A stretch of 63,870 bases of DNA, counting the filler, from Octopus bimaculoides (lineage: Eukaryota), in NCBI RefSeq assembly GCF_001194135.2. It is 6 parts of 6 records of this genome, joined end to end, with 100 filler letters (N's around TTAATTAATTAA, not from the genome) between each part and the next. Parts side by side here need not be neighbours in the genome. Positions count along the whole stretch, not along the records: positions 41,963 to 54,530 come from NC_068991.1; positions 54,631 to 56,534 come from NW_026434656.1; 4 more parts are not named here. The stretch is one strand, 5' to 3'. The notes beneath the pieces were generated by a model, which was not told where the DNA came from, made no database searches, and saw only the letters and a list, made by a program, of their open reading frames with translations. Below, piece by piece: positions 42,629-56,400 of the stretch. The position numbers and the translations under genes are program-made. Position 1 is the first letter of the stretch. Every line of letters begins with the position of its first letter.

Positions 42629-42805
42629 TGAGAGGGAGTTTAAGTGTGTATGAGAGAAAGAGAGAGATTGTCTATTCCCATTTTACCTATCGTGTTTGAA
42701 TAAGCCATGAAAGTGAAGCTTCAATTGACAACAGGCAAAGATTTTGTTATAGAAGACACCATAGGTGTTCCTAGCTAATTTCGGTATGCTGATTTAAAAT
42801 ACATC

Positions 42806-43200
42806 CTTTTATTCTTTAACTTGTTTCAGTCATGTGACTACGGCCATACTGGAGCACCGCCTTTAGTCGAACAAATCGACCCCAGGACTTATTCTTTGTA
42901 TGCCTAGTATCTATTCTATCGTTCTCTTTTGCCGAACCGCTAAGGTACGGGGACGTAAACACACCAACATCAGCTGCCAACCGATGGTAGGGTGACAAAT
43001 ACAGACACATAAATACATATATATATATATATATGTACGACAGACTTCTTTCAGTTTCCGTTCACCAAATCCACTCAGAAGGCTTTGGTCAGGTCGAGAC
43101 AATAGGAGCTATAGTAGAAGACGTTTGCCAAGGTGCCACGCAGTGGGACTGAACCCGGAACCATGTGGTTGGGAAGCAAGCTTCTTACGACACAGCTATG
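42806..43200 (-). mobile_element. tRNA-derived SINE family B, full-length copy. Others at about 105-225, 10380-10431, 11789-12176, 14330-14490, 16480-16620, 37465-37690, 40973-41080
   Basis: Head accacatggttccgggttcagtcccactg, an internal microsatellite, and tail ggcggtgctccagcatggc..cagtcaaatgactgaaacaagtaaaaga repeated through the window. Confidence 0.85.
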
Positions 43201-43581
43201 TCTAGATTTTGTGTAAAATGCAAATCACTTAGTAAAATTTCCTACCACGTCCAGATTTTAGTGCAGGTAATATGAAATTTGCTTTTCAAGGATAAAGTAA
43301 ATCTTCTTTGCCAATTATATACAAATTCTAAAGATTTTGTTCAAAGAAATTTATCCCGAGTATAGTAACGGCTCAACTGTCAGTTGCTCTGTGACAGTCA
43401 AGTAGAACGGTTATTGAAGCTCTCTTCTACTAAGCAAGTAACAGGCTATAGTAACTTGTGTGTTTTTATAGCAACTTGTTTGTTTTGTACTACGGTGTGT
43501 ATTTCTTTTTCATTTTGTACATCCTAATTATTCCTTTCTACGCTGTTTTTTGTTTGTTTTTCTTTTTTTTTCATTTATAAT

Positions 43582-43915
43582 ATGGTAATGCAATCAAAAA
43601 GACGTGTTCATGTAAATCACCCACACAACTTCTGCTAAAATTTGTGGACAATATATACCTGAGCCACAACGTAGAAACAACGAGAAAGATTAAACTTGCC
43701 TACAAGTTAGGAGAGCATGAGTGGGACTGGGTGTCAGATGTTTGCTGTGCACGGTGCAATGCAATGTTAATAGCTTGGATGAATGGCAAAAGAAAAGCTA
43801 TGCCATTCTCAGTCCGCATGGTTTGGCGTGAACCGAAAAATCACTTCAATGATTGTTATTTTTGTTTGACAAAGATTTCTGGTTTCACAAAGAAAAACGA
43901 ATCAAAAATCATGAT
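43582..43915 (+). mobile_element. 5' transposase fragment, probably Chapaev3 (CMC) type
   Basis: NHPHNFC...CG and DVCCARCNAMLIAWMNGKRKAMPFSVRMVWREPKNHFNDCYFCLTKISGF form a Cys-rich N-terminal domain. Superfamily assigned from memory and unverified. Confidence 0.6.
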
Positions 43916-43934
43916 GTCAGGAAAAAAGACTTGT

Positions 43935-44484
43935 TAGAGATCTAGCTTGTCACTGTTTTTGGAGGTCAGTTTTAATTGATAGTCTTGTTTATAAAATCTT
44001 TGTATATCAGAATCTAAGGCCAAGGAACAAGGAGCAGTGTCTGTTAGGAAAGGGGCTGAGGGAGTCGACAGAACTCAGAGTGGGTATAGTAATAAAACTA
44101 TCAAGATTAATTTGAAGCAATATAATGAGATTTGGTAAAAGAAGATCTTGAATCAAGATGTTAGTTATTAGTTAAAAGGGCAAGACTCTAGTAAAACCAA
44201 TGGTGATAATATAGGGGAAATTTTATCATGGGGTACTATAGTTGAATACTTTAAACAATATTGCTATATTGTATATAATTAAAATTTAGGATTATCAAGA
44301 AGATTATTAAGAAGAATATTATAACCACAAGGATAAAATTTTTTGAATACTTTTGAGTATATACCAAAATTTATCACAATAGAGGGTGGAAAGAAATTAC
44401 ATAGAAATAGAATCTCGTATTCTACTCTTCCCAATATGGGTACCATCATAGCTAGATTAAATAAGAAGAATATAAAATTAACCA

Positions 44485-44550
<66 letters not shown>

Positions 44551-45281
44551 GTGCAGTCAGCTATAACGTAAATGAGAATAGTAATATTAATGATGAAGTG
44601 GAAAATAGAAGTGACAGTGGTAGTACTTCTATTATAAACAATATAGATTGTAGTTCTGGTGCCTATACGAGCATGGAAGTTATTGGTATGCCTGTTGATG
44701 TAGAGGCAGATTTAAATGATGCTACAATTGAGGGTGGGGTAGATAATAACAGACGTGAACATAACATACTTCATAAGAGAAATATTGATAGTGAAAATAT
44801 TAATAATAATAATATGAATTTTGATAATACTAATATTAATAGTAGTATTTCTCCTAGTTTCAATTGTAGAGTTAAATCCCACTGTCCTTTATTAGGCCGA
44901 TGTCTTTCCCAGAACGTAGTTTACAAATGTACAATAACTGCAACTAGTAATTTTATATATATTGGTTATTCGATTAATATGAAAAAACGTCTGTACAATC
45001 GCATTTCCTCTTTTAAACTTAAACATAAGGCGAATTGTATGTCATTACCAAGTAAGATTTGGGAACTGAAGGAAAGCAGAATTGGGTTTAGCCTTAAATG
45101 GGAAATAATAAGAAAAGCACAGCCTTATAGAAATAGTAGATATGGGTGTGAGCTGTACTCTATGGAAACATATGAATTTTTTAAGCATAAAGATAAGTGC
45201 AACTTGATTAATGATAGATTAGACCTTAGGGTATCATGCGTACATAGTGTCACCCGTACTTTTAAATATTTTCGAAAGTAG
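43935..45281 (+). mobile_element. Penelope-like retroelement 3' part with GIY-YIG endonuclease ORF (44343-45281)
   Basis: ISYSTLPNMGTIIARLNKK linker, then FNCRVKSHCPLLGRC, VVY..YIG, IWELKE, WEIIRKAQPY, LINDRLDL..SCVH: the PLE Zn-finger and GIY-YIG signature. The upstream RT-thumb region is broken by stops. Confidence 0.85.
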
Positions 45282-45643
45282 CACGTTATAGGTCTTGTGC
45301 TTGAACTGAATTTGATGGAAACTTACTTTTAATATTTTTAGTTTGGAAATTATAAAATATTTAAACTAAAATCTTTTAATTTAATTTAATTCTATGTNNN
45401 NNNNNNNNNNNNNNNNNNNNNNNNNNNNNNNNNNNNNNNNNNNNNNNNNNNNNNNNNNNNNNNNNNNNNNNNNNNNNNNNNNNNNNNNNNNNNNNNNNNN
45501 NNNNNNNNNNNNNNNNNNNNNNNNNNNNNNNNNNNNNNNNNNNNNNNNNNNNNNNNNNNNNNNNNNNNNNNNNNNNNNNNNNNNNNNNNNNNNNNNNNNN
45601 NNNNNNNNNNNNNNNNNNNNNNNNNNNNNNNNNNNNNNNNNNN

Positions 45644-45699
<56 letters not shown>

Positions 45700-47242
45700 G
45701 TGTATGTATACATGTGTATATATGTGTGTGTGTGTGTGTAATAAGAAACAGAGAAAAAAGACAAGAAAAAACAACAATGCGAGGACGCGATACATGCAAA
45801 GTATTAATAAGACGCTCAGAGAAGAAGAGAAAGAGTGGTTGTATTATGTTTCGAGCAAAGCTCTTCTTTGAAAACAAGAGACATAGGAATGTCCATAAGA
45901 AAAGGAAGAAAGAGGGGGAAAGAAATCGCCAACAGTCCACGTGTATTTATGGATGGCTGGATGGGTGTGTATAACGTAAAGGAATAGGGATTTGACACCT
46001 TGCGCTTGAACTCACAGTTCGCTTCACCAACCTACATGAGTAAAACCGCATGGGAAAAATCCTGGATCAACGCTGCATAAGAATATCTACATTGGATGCA
46101 TATGTACTGCAAGTGAATGCACTAAATGCACGTAAAGACTATATCGAAGGATATTAGGACATTTATCCAGCAGAAACTCGCATTGGATTGAGATTTAATG
46201 AAAACAATACTGTAATAGATAAATTTTGAAGATGTATAAATCACCATTGTTCTTTATGATCTCTTAAAACAAATGCATTGAGACTGAGAACTACACTATA
46301 TAAAGAACAGGTCCGGTTCCTGTAATACAGACAGATTCCTTTGAGTCAACACATAGACAGATGTGCAGGTAATATCTAACCAAACGTCACAGTTTTACCC
46401 ATCTATCAGTGTAAAGAAACAATTTCTGTACAAGACCGTTTAAATAAAGAAAATTGTTCATTGAAAAATACAGAACACGTATAAATATGAACGCATAACC
46501 AACTTCGGTCTAAGTAGATATCTTAATTCATGATCACGCACCCATCACTATACATATTTCATCTCACTACTTTAGCTTTTGAGTTTTCATATATATATTT
46601 ATCCCCTCCCCAAAAGATGAGCAATCACCGTCCCTTGTCCCCAATTACCTCCCCTTATATTTTTCTACTTGTTGAATCATTCGTTCACAAACTTCTCCAC
46701 ACAACATGGACTAAAATCTTCTTAAGAAAATACAAAATTACAATAATTTCAATGACATTATTAACGAAAGCGAAACCGGTCGACAAACACAAGTACGCTC
46801 ACATACATACATACATACATACATACATACATACATACATACACACGTACACACTCATATCCATGCATACACACACACACACACATAGACACACATACAC
46901 ACACGCACAAATATACATATATANNNNNNNNNNNNNNNNNNNNNNNNNNNNNNNNNNNNNNNNNNNNNNNNNNNNNNNNNNNNNNNNNNNNNNNNNNNNN
47001 NNNNNNNNNNNNNNNNNNNNNNNNNNNNNNNNNNNNNNNNNNNNNNNNNNNNNNNNNNNNNNNNNNNNNNNNNNNNNNNNNNNNNNNNNNNNNNNNNNNN
47101 NNNNNNNNNNNNNNNNNNNNNNNNNNNNNNNNNNNNNNNNNNNNNNNNNNNNNNNNNNNNNNNNNNNNNNNNNNNNNNNNNNNNNNNNNNNNNNNNNNNN
47201 NNNNNNNNNNNNNNNNNNNNNNNNNNNNNNNNNNNNNNNNNN

Positions 47243-47300
<58 letters not shown>

Positions 47301-47839
47301 TGTGTCTGTGTGTATTTGCGTGTACGTGTTTAAGTTAGCTACTTAAGATAAGGTTTTGAATTTCCGAACCTACAATTGCGTCATTTTCCTTCCACTTCAG
47401 TTTAAAAAATTGTTGCTTGGTGGGTTGGCAGAATTGATGAATTATTTGACAAATTTGCAAGTCATATTTAGATACATCCTTTATATTCTTCATTCAAGTT
47501 CTACTGGCTTTCCTTTCCTCCTTATGGGGTCAGTTAAATATATAAGATTTAACTGTTGAAACCTTGCTTTAAATCCTGTCAGTGTCCTATTCTCTTTTTA
47601 TCCTTTCGCATGGGAACAAAACAGAACCTATTGAGTACTAGGGGACCATATAATTGACTATGTCACCTAAATTTGAGTCATTATGTCTATGTTATAAATA
47701 AAGTATTCATTTACAAAATTTCACATCTTTTCATTCAGTTTTTATTTTGTAAACAAAATGTACGCAGAAGCAGTCATTGCCTTGTGATTATGAAGTTCAG
47801 TTTGTGATCTTATGTTCCTGATTTCGTTGCTTTTCGCAG

Positions 47840-47885
47840 AGACATGACAGGTGTCTTGTCACCATATCAAGTCGATCAAAGCTTG
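47840..47885 (+). CDS. Candidate small exon, possibly an upstream exon of the adhesion GPCR
   Basis: Acceptor ttgcttttcgcAG and donor ttg|GTGAGT flank 46 nt. Two frames are open (DMTGVLSPYQVDQSL or RHDRCLVTISSRSKL). No homology recognised. Confidence 0.3.
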
Positions 47886-48673
47886 GTGAGTAAAATTGAA
47901 CAGACGGAAACGGTTTAGCGAGTAGTCTGTCGAATGGATCGCCAGTCGAAATAATCGCACTCGTCCTTGGGTGGTAATGCTTCCCGGACTTAATAACAAC
48001 GCCTCTAGCTTCTGGGTATCTTTAACGGACCGGGTATATATATTACTTTAGACATATACCGTATTCGATGGCATAAAAGATGCACGGACATATGTTAGAC
48101 GAACCCTAATTTCTGTAGCGCCTATTCACTGAAAATAGCTTTTAGCACATTAAAACTTATCAGAGGCCCTTCTTTGCATACAGAACTGGAAGTGGGTTTT
48201 TTAAAGACATTGGGTGCGGGACGTGTGTCATTATAGCCATCAAATACGATATTACACATTGCACTCACACTTTCTTTAGATGGCTGAATATGATTTGGCG
48301 CAAGTATACATGCCTAAATGGTTGAACACTAAGCAGATTACTACGCTACTGATCATTACAACTGTTTGATATTTTTTTCTTTTTTGCCCTTTGAACTGTT
48401 TTCACTATTGATATTTGCTACTCACTCTCTCTTTATTTTTCTTTCTTTCCTCTATGAGTTTACCGTCTTTCATTTTCTTTCTTTCCTCTATGAATTTACC
48501 GTCTTAGATTTTCTTCGTTTTTATTCCATCCTCTGTTTTCTTAGTCATATTTATCATCCCAAATTTCCCATTTTACTAATCCTCCAGGATCGTCAGGTAG
48601 GCCTATTTACTCCTATCCTAATTACGCATTTACAAAAACCCATTTGAGTGGGTAGATGTATTATTATATTTAT

Positions 48674-48710
<37 letters not shown>

Positions 48711-49444
48711 TTTGTGTCTGTATATGAGTGCGTGTGTGTGAGTGCGTGTGAGTGCGTGTGTGTGAAAGTGTGTGTACGTGTGTTTGTGAGTGTGCATGTG
48801 TGCGTGCATATGTGTGTGAATGATAGGAGATGGACATGCCTGTGTACGAATGTGTGTATGTGTGAGTACGTGTGCTGTAATGGTAGTGTTATTGATTGGT
48901 AATATTAATGCGACGGTAGTATATTCGCAATCAGATTTCATTGGTACCACATGGTTAGGCAAGGGTTTGGCTCTACTGTATCATACTGGCCAATTACATG
49001 CTAGTAGAGATCAGTGATCGATTAAACCGAAACTATTACTTGACTGTACTTTATAGCCTTTTCTACTCTAGGCACAAAGCCCGAAATTTTGGGGGAGGGA
49101 GCCAATCGATTAGATCGACTCCAGTATGCAGCTGGTACTTAATTTATCGACCCCGAAAGGATGAAAGGCAAAGTCGACCTCGGCGGAATTTGAACTCAGT
49201 ACGTAAAGACAGACGAAATACCGCAAAGCATTTCGCCCGGCAAGCTAACATTTATGCTAGCTCGCCGCTCTTGTCAGTACTTTAGGATTTGAACTTAGAT
49301 CTCAAAAGAAACTAGAGTAAAAGCAGCAAAATATTCTATACACCATTCAAATGATTCTGTGAAGCTACCGCCTTACACACTCTAAGTGCTATATGATAAG
49401 GCTTCCCTTGTTTCATTATGAACTGGTCTGCTAGAAGAAACCCT

Positions 49445-50275
49445 CCTCCCTATGGTAGTTTGTCACCAAACCCTAAGTGTTTAAGAATATAGTTAAGAAT
49501 GTTAGTAGGAGAATTTCTAGCCTCTCCTCCGACATAAACATATTTGATAATGCTGCTCCAATATATGACAAAGCTCTTAGAGCTAGTGGATTTAAAGAGG
49601 AAAAAGCTTACACACCTGCTATTAGGCCAAAAATAAAGAAAAGAAAACATAGACACAGGAAAATCATCTGGTTCACACACCCCTTACTCCTCCGAAGTGA
49701 CCTTTAATATAGGTAAATATTTCTTGTCACTTATAGATAGACACTTTCCAATAAGTCATAAATATAGGAAACTCCTTAATAGGCATAACTTAAAAATTAG
49801 CTTTAATTCAACCACAAATTTTAAAAACATAATTGCACACAACGCAAAAAAAAACAAAAACAACACGAAGCCGGCTGTTTCTGCAGAGATAAAGACTTGT
49901 GCCCGCTAAATGGAGCCTGTATGACCGAGGCAATTATTTATGAAGCCAACGTAAATTCTACGAACGCTAATAACACAGTTTCGTCAAAGAGATATGTTAG
50001 TCTCATGGAGGGAAATTTTAAAGCAAGGTCCAATAATCACACCTTAAGCTTCAGACACTGGGATAAACAAGGTTCTTTAAAGAACAAGGTTTCAGTGGTA
50101 GTGGCAAGTGCGGTCTTTGTGATATGGAAAGATGGCTTATCTGGAAAAGTTGCTTGGACCCCAATACATGTCTAAATTCAAGAACTGAAATTTTTGGATC
50201 ATGTCCACATATTACAAAAAACCTGTTACGGATTTGGGTCCCCCCGACCCCACCCACACAAGATCACGGATAGAA
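49445..50275 (+). mobile_element. Penelope-like retroelement fragment (RT thumb, linker and GIY-YIG endonuclease), frameshifted
   Basis: Successive frames give KNVSRRISSLSSDINIFDNAAPIYDKAL, KIIWFTHP, NIGKYFLSLIDRHFP, CPLNGAC, then GKCGLCDMERWLI...LNSRTEIFGSCPH. Confidence 0.87.
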
Positions 50276-50657
50276 TCTGCATTCTTACTAAGTTCTTGCA
50301 CAAGCTTCCTATGGGTCCTAACAAATTTTATTGTATTATATATATCTTTTCCTTTTTTCCTTTTTAATTGTGTGATTGTGTACGTCTGTGAGTAAATGTA
50401 TATATTAAATGTGTATGTGTGTGCGTGTGTATATATGTGTACGCGTGTATGTATGTATATTAGTGTAGAACTGTGTCCGGTGCAAAAGTGCGACTTTCGT
50501 CCCCTTCTTTTATACGGAAATGTATATGCTTGTATATCTGCGGTTGCAGGTGTGTAGTAGGAGGGTGTATATGGATATATATATATATATCTGTGTACAT
50601 ATGTACATATATATAGATAGATAGATAGATACACACACACAAGCACACACACACACA

Positions 50658-50704
<47 letters not shown>

Positions 50705-50751
50705 NNNNNNNNNNNNNNNNNNNNNNNNNNNNNNNNNNNNNNNNNNNNNNN

Positions 50752-50803
<52 letters not shown>

Positions 50804-50816
50804 ATATATGTATATA

Positions 50817-52085
50817 CAGGAGTTGGACAAAATAATGGAAACACCTTAAAATTTCAAACAGATTTATTTTAATATGGTGTAGGACCGGCTGTGGCAGTAA
50901 TTATGGTTTGAATTCTACGAGGTATGGACTCGTACAAAGTTTGAATTGTTTCCAAAAGGATTTTTGTCCATTCTTCAGCTAAAACAGTCTCCAGTTCTTG
51001 TAATGATGATGGTGGAGAATATCGACTCCTTACTTGTTTTTTCTAAAATGCACCATATATGTTCAATAATATTTAGATCTGGGGACTGGGGTGGCCAGAT
51101 AAGATGTTCAACTTCACTAAAATGCTCCTTGTGCCATTCAGTAAGAACTTTAGCTGTATGAATTGGTTCATTATCATCCTGAAAGACTGCGTTTCCCTCC
51201 GGAAACAGTTCCGCAATCATAGGATGAATTTGATCAGATAAAATGCTTAAATAGTCTTGACTATTAATTCTGCCATGAAGGGAAACTACTGGGCCGACGG
51301 ATTTCCAGATAGAGCACCCGGATCATCACAGAACATCCTCCATGTTTAACAGTTGGAAGAAGGCAGTCTGGGTCAAATGCTTCTTTTGGCTGTTTCCACA
51401 CGTATACTCGGGCGGTGGTCGGAAATAAGGTAAAGGATGACTCGTCCGAGAAAATAACATTCTTCCACTGCTCTAGGCGCCAATTCTGTAGGTTTTTCCT
51501 CCACTCTAAACGCTTTGCACCGTTTGTTTTTGAAAGTAGTGGTTTTCTGATTGCAGCCCTCCCGTGAAATCCGGCTTTGTGCAGCTCCCGGCGAACAATT
51601 TTTGAAGAAACTGAGTTTCTGAGGTGGTCATTAAGCTCTGCAATTATTTTGGGAGCTGTACTTTTGTGATCCTTTCTAACAATTCGCGTAAGAGTCTAAC
51701 AGTACCTATCTGAAAGTTTTGGTTTTCTTCCGGAGTTTTGTTTCGATGAGATTTTTCCCTCTTTTTCAAAAGCTGTCATTACTTTTGGGATAGTACTTCT
51801 TGATACACCAAACATTTCGTCTGTTTTCATTACGCTAGCGCCTGCCATAAGACCACCAACAATTTGGCCTCTTTGAAAGTTCGATAGATCTGTCATTTTA
51901 ATGAATTTTAATTACCTTTTTCTGATGGTATCTGAAAAGAAACAGCAATTTTAGGAAAACATATTAAGCAGCACTAATAATAAATCAAAAAACATAAAAA
52001 TAAACAAGTTTTTGACGGTTTTATAGATATTTCAAAATTATGATGTTATGACGCTAGGTGTTTCCATTATTTTGTCCAACCCCTG
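50817..52085 (-). mobile_element. Near full-length Tc1-like DNA transposon (1.27 kb), frameshifted
   Basis: TIRs caggagttggacaaaataatggaaacacct / aggtgtttccattattttgtccaacccctg. Transposase starts MTDLSNFQRGQIVG and contains FQDDNEPIH and WPPQSPDLNIIEHIW. Confidence 0.92.
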
Positions 52086-52391
52086 TGTTGTGTATACAAA
52101 TTTAATTTGTGGTCCATGGGAAGAGCTGTTTTAACGATGCGTCCTGCCTAGCTCTTCGAAACGCCGGTGTTAAAACGGAGGTAGCTGATGAAGTAGAATG
52201 TTCTCTATGTGGCTTGTGTGTTTTCTCGTCTCTGTTCTGTCTGCAATGTCCTGTACCCAGANNNNNNNNNNNNNNNNNNNNNNNNNNNNNNNNNNNNNNN
52301 NNNNNNNNNNNNNNNNNNNNNNNNNNNNNNNNNNNNNNNNNNNNNNNNNNNNNNNNNNNNNNNNNNNNNNNNNNNNNNNNNNNNNNNNNNN

Positions 52392-53215
52392 ATGCTATGT
52401 TGTTTTCTTCTGCTCTAATGCTGTGTTCGCATCCAATAAGTCCTCTTCCACCTCTTTTTCTTTGTAATACCGTCTGTTTGTGTCATTTTTGGGGTGGAGT
52501 GTCCTATATCTAATTAGCAACTTCCTTGTCTTTCTGTCTAAGCTGTTTAGTTCGTCTACTGTCCATGCGATTACCCTGCTCCATATCTAAGGGGTGAAAC
52601 CGCCCAATTGTTGACAGCTTCAATCTTATTCCGTCCGTTTAATTACGACTTAAGGATTAGTCTCAGTCTGCGCAAGTACTCCACCTTAAATTTTTCTGTC
52701 ATTTCTTTCTCCATCAATTTATCTATTTCCAAAATCCCAAAATACTTATAGCTTCCCTTTCTCTTTTCGGTCTAACCCTACCTGTATTCTTTTCTACCAT
52801 GAGTCTTTTCTTTTGCCACTCACATTATATTTCTTTTTCTTGACATCCATACCCACGTTTTCTGCTACAACAATACTTGCTACCTTGGTCAAATTATTTG
52901 TTTCTGTGATGTTGTTTGTTCTGATGTATTTCAGAATTTCATTGACAGTTTTCGTTTCTTGGCTCAATTTCCACCGATCAACCTTTTTAAAGTTGCAAAT
53001 AATGTTGCTATCGTTCTCCTGTAGTCTTGCCTTTATTCTGTCGTAGATTGCCTTTTGTTCATCTGTCATGTCACCATTAGTTTTATTGTCTTCTTTTAGA
53101 TCGTCTATATGTCTCTCTTATGTGATGGTCCCTTTCTGGATATCGACTGGCTGGAGCCGAATCAGAGTCTCTGAGCCTGCCGGGTTCAACACTGTCACCC
53201 ATCAATGGCTTCAGT
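52392..53215 (-). mobile_element. Internally deleted R4/Dong-like non-LTR retrotransposon fragment
   Basis: Minus frames give an N-terminal ...ETKTVNEILKYIRTNNITETNNL... segment joined directly to YKYFGILE...EYLRRLRLILKS.LNGRNKIEAVN.WAV..LRYGAG...LDRKTRKLL and RGGRGLIGCEHSIRAEENNIA. Clade assigned from remembered motifs. Confidence 0.7.
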
Positions 53216-54744
53216 TTCATTACCACCGTTATTCACAATATTTTTTTTTTATTATTGTCATCTATATGAGGTAGCGATTATAAGGTTGCGCAATTACCAG
53301 TGTTTTTATTGTGACACCATCACTAGATGTATCATCGATCAGGACATGGGGAGGCTCCACCCGCTTCCTTTCATTATCATTATCATCACTGATATCACTG
53401 ATATTATTGCTTTTACTTTTTTACTATTTGTCATTGTTATATTAACAGACTTAGAGGTTACACAGGCCTATGCAGGGCGGGGGTGGCACCAATTTCCAGC
53501 GTTGTTCACATGGACAGCCGCATAGAAAATTGTACTATTTGATCTGGCCTTCCTCGGCGATTTTCTATCATGCAGAACAACTTTCCAGAGAGTCCATTGC
53601 TCACTTGTAATTTTCTTCGGTGAACAGGCTCTTCTTCAGTCTTCTATCGCCGTTGTCAATTACTGCCTTTATTGTTGTAATTATTGTATCTATGTGTAGT
53701 AGCATCAGTGGTGGCAGCAACAGCAACAGTAGTAGGGTGGGGGTTGTGGTAGTTGGGTCTCAGATTCCTGTGCTATCAGAATAGTAGTATTTGTAGTACT
53801 AGCAGCTGCAGCATATTATCATTATTTTTATTTTTATCATTATCACCATCACCACCACTACTATTGTTATTATCATTATTACTATTTCCATATATTATTA
53901 AAATATTTTATTTAATGTTCTTTATTTTCAACGTTTGTACTTGAGATAATCATAAATATGTGGTTGTTGAAGGAAATAGTTAGGGGAAGAGTAGCAGCTT
54001 GGTGAATAGATCAAATCTACAGGTGTATAAATAGATTCAGCAGATGGTGGGGAGGTCAGCCATAGAGACAAAAGAATCTTCGCACCCTTTGAGTCAGCAG
54101 AGGTCAAATGTGTTTACTTCTACCAGTGACCACTAAGAGCGCTGTCCTTGGCTTTGAAAAGAAGCAATTCTACCTGTTCTATTTGTAATTACTGGTAGGA
54201 AAACCAGTAATAATAATAATAATAATAATTAATTCGTTTTATTGGCCACAAGGGCTAATATCAATTAAAGACATATAAGGACAAAGACAGGACGAAGGTT
54301 ACAAAAGGTTTTGTCCGAAAAGGTAGGAAAGTTCGTCTACACAGAGGAAGAAAACGAAGAAAGATATAATAAATAAATAGATAAATAAATGGATAAATAA
54401 ATAAGTAGAACTCCCAAAGGGGGAGGCGCTTCGAAAAAGGAAAGGTTACACGTGGAAAAACCCATAAAACCACGGGAGCCTGGTCAGAAAAAATAAGAAA
54501 GGGGTATAGAGCCCTTTCTCCTTTTACATTNNNNNNNNNNNNNNNNNNNNNNNNNNNNNNNNNNNNNNNNNNNNTTAATTAATTAANNNNNNNNNNNNNN
54601 NNNNNNNNNNNNNNNNNNNNNNNNNNNNNNTAAGAATAATATAAAATGATGTATATGACTTGAGATGCTTGTTATGCCTCATCTTTTGTTGTCCCCTTTC
54701 ACAAATATATATATATATATTTTGCAAATGGCAGACAGCCAAGC

Positions 54745-56180
54745 AAGTTGAAGGAGGGAATAATATGTTCAATCTATAAAGGAGGAAGCAGAGCAGATGC
54801 CAAAAAACTACAGGCCTATCTTTCTGACTTCACACATCAGCAAAGTCATGAACCAGATAGTCAGAAGGAAACTAATTGCATTACTTGAAGAAAATAACTT
54901 GCTGAGTGATACCCAGCATGACTTTCGGCCAGGTAGGAGCTACCTGACCCAGCTCTTACAATATTATGACAGGGTGTTGAGGCAGTTACTCAACAACTCA
55001 AATGTGGACGTAGTATACCTTGATATTGCAAAAGCTTTCAACAAAGTGGATCATGGTATGATATGCCACAAACTGCATGATCTTGGCATAGCTGGAAAAC
55101 TTGGAGAGTGGTTACATGACTTTCTGAAAGATAGAAGTCAGGCAGTAGTGGCTAAGGGAGCCACCTCAATGAAAACACAAATAGTGAGCAGTGTTACACA
55201 GGGCACTGTCTTGGAAACACTGCTTTTCATAGTGGCCTTCTCAGATATGCCCTCAGCTGCCAGGATAGCCACCCTTACTAGATGATACAAAAGTCTTGCA
55301 GAAAATACAGAACCCCAATGATGTTGCACATCTGCAGCAGGGGTTGGACTCAATTTACAGATCGGCTGAGGATAATAATATGCAGTTTAATGCTGAAAAA
55401 TTCCAAGCCCTGCACTACCAGCGTCCAAAACTGAATAGGAATCTTATAGGGTATGCTGGTCTACAGGGAATTACAATTCCAAAGCCTAAATCAGTGAGGG
55501 CCGTGGGTATTGACATGAGTGATGATACCTCTTTCCAAGTGCACTTTACCAGAATGGCGACGACGATAGACTAGATGGATCCTGAGAACATTCAGAACCA
55601 GGGAGAAACGAAACCATGATGGTCCTCTGGAAGATATTCGTCCTCAACCACCTGGGTTACTGCTCCCAGCTTTGGTCACCCAACAGTGTAAAATTAACAG
55701 TGGACCTTGAAGCAATCCAGCGAAGCTTCACAAAGAAGATTGTCTCATTGCAACAACTCAGCTACTGGGAAAGGCTGAAACAGCTAAGACTCTACTCCCT
55801 GGAGAGAAGGCGGGAGAGGTATGCAGTAATATACATCTGGAAGATCCTGGAAAGAATTGTGCCAAATTTTGGCATTGAAAGCTACACTAATGCCAGAATG
55901 GGTTGACACTGCATAGTGCCAAAGATCTCAGCAATGCCATCACGCTTCAGGAACAGTTGCAGTAACACACTGGGTTTCAGGGGCCCACAGCTTTTTAATA
56001 TTCATCCAAAGAGCCTGAGGAATCTGCACAAAGTGGATGTAGGTGTTTTTAAATCAAGGCTGAACGTTTTCCTGTTGAGAGTCCCAGATGAAGCTACCTC
56101 ACGGCAAGAGGTGCAGAAATGAGGGTAACTACATCAAACTACATTCTTCACCAAGTGCCACATATTAGAGGAGGCTCTCA
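54745..56180 (+). mobile_element. 5'-truncated CR1/L2-group LINE reverse transcriptase relic
   Basis: NYRPIFLTSHISKV, QHDFRPGRS, YLDIAKAFNKVDH, VTQGTVLE, a degenerate (YA)DDTK, LGYCSQLWSP and YSLERRRER, interrupted by stops and frameshifts. Confidence 0.9.
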
Positions 56181-56400
56181 ATAATAAGTGTAGCAAAATG
56201 ACAGTGATCCAGCATGGCCACAGCACTGAGCTGAAACTACAAGAAAATATATATTTATATATATATATGTGTACAAAAATAAGAGGAATGACCAGCAAAA
56301 GTGGACTCTTATATGCTAGAAATAGCTGCTGAATCATCTAACCACGAAAAATATGTTCTCAGTAAAAATTCTGGAAATTATATTTCATAAATCGACAGAC

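Noticed and set aside
52118-52195. gaagagct/agctcttc hairpin followed by GAAAC and later CTGATGA
   Set aside because: The pairings do not fit any hammerhead topology.
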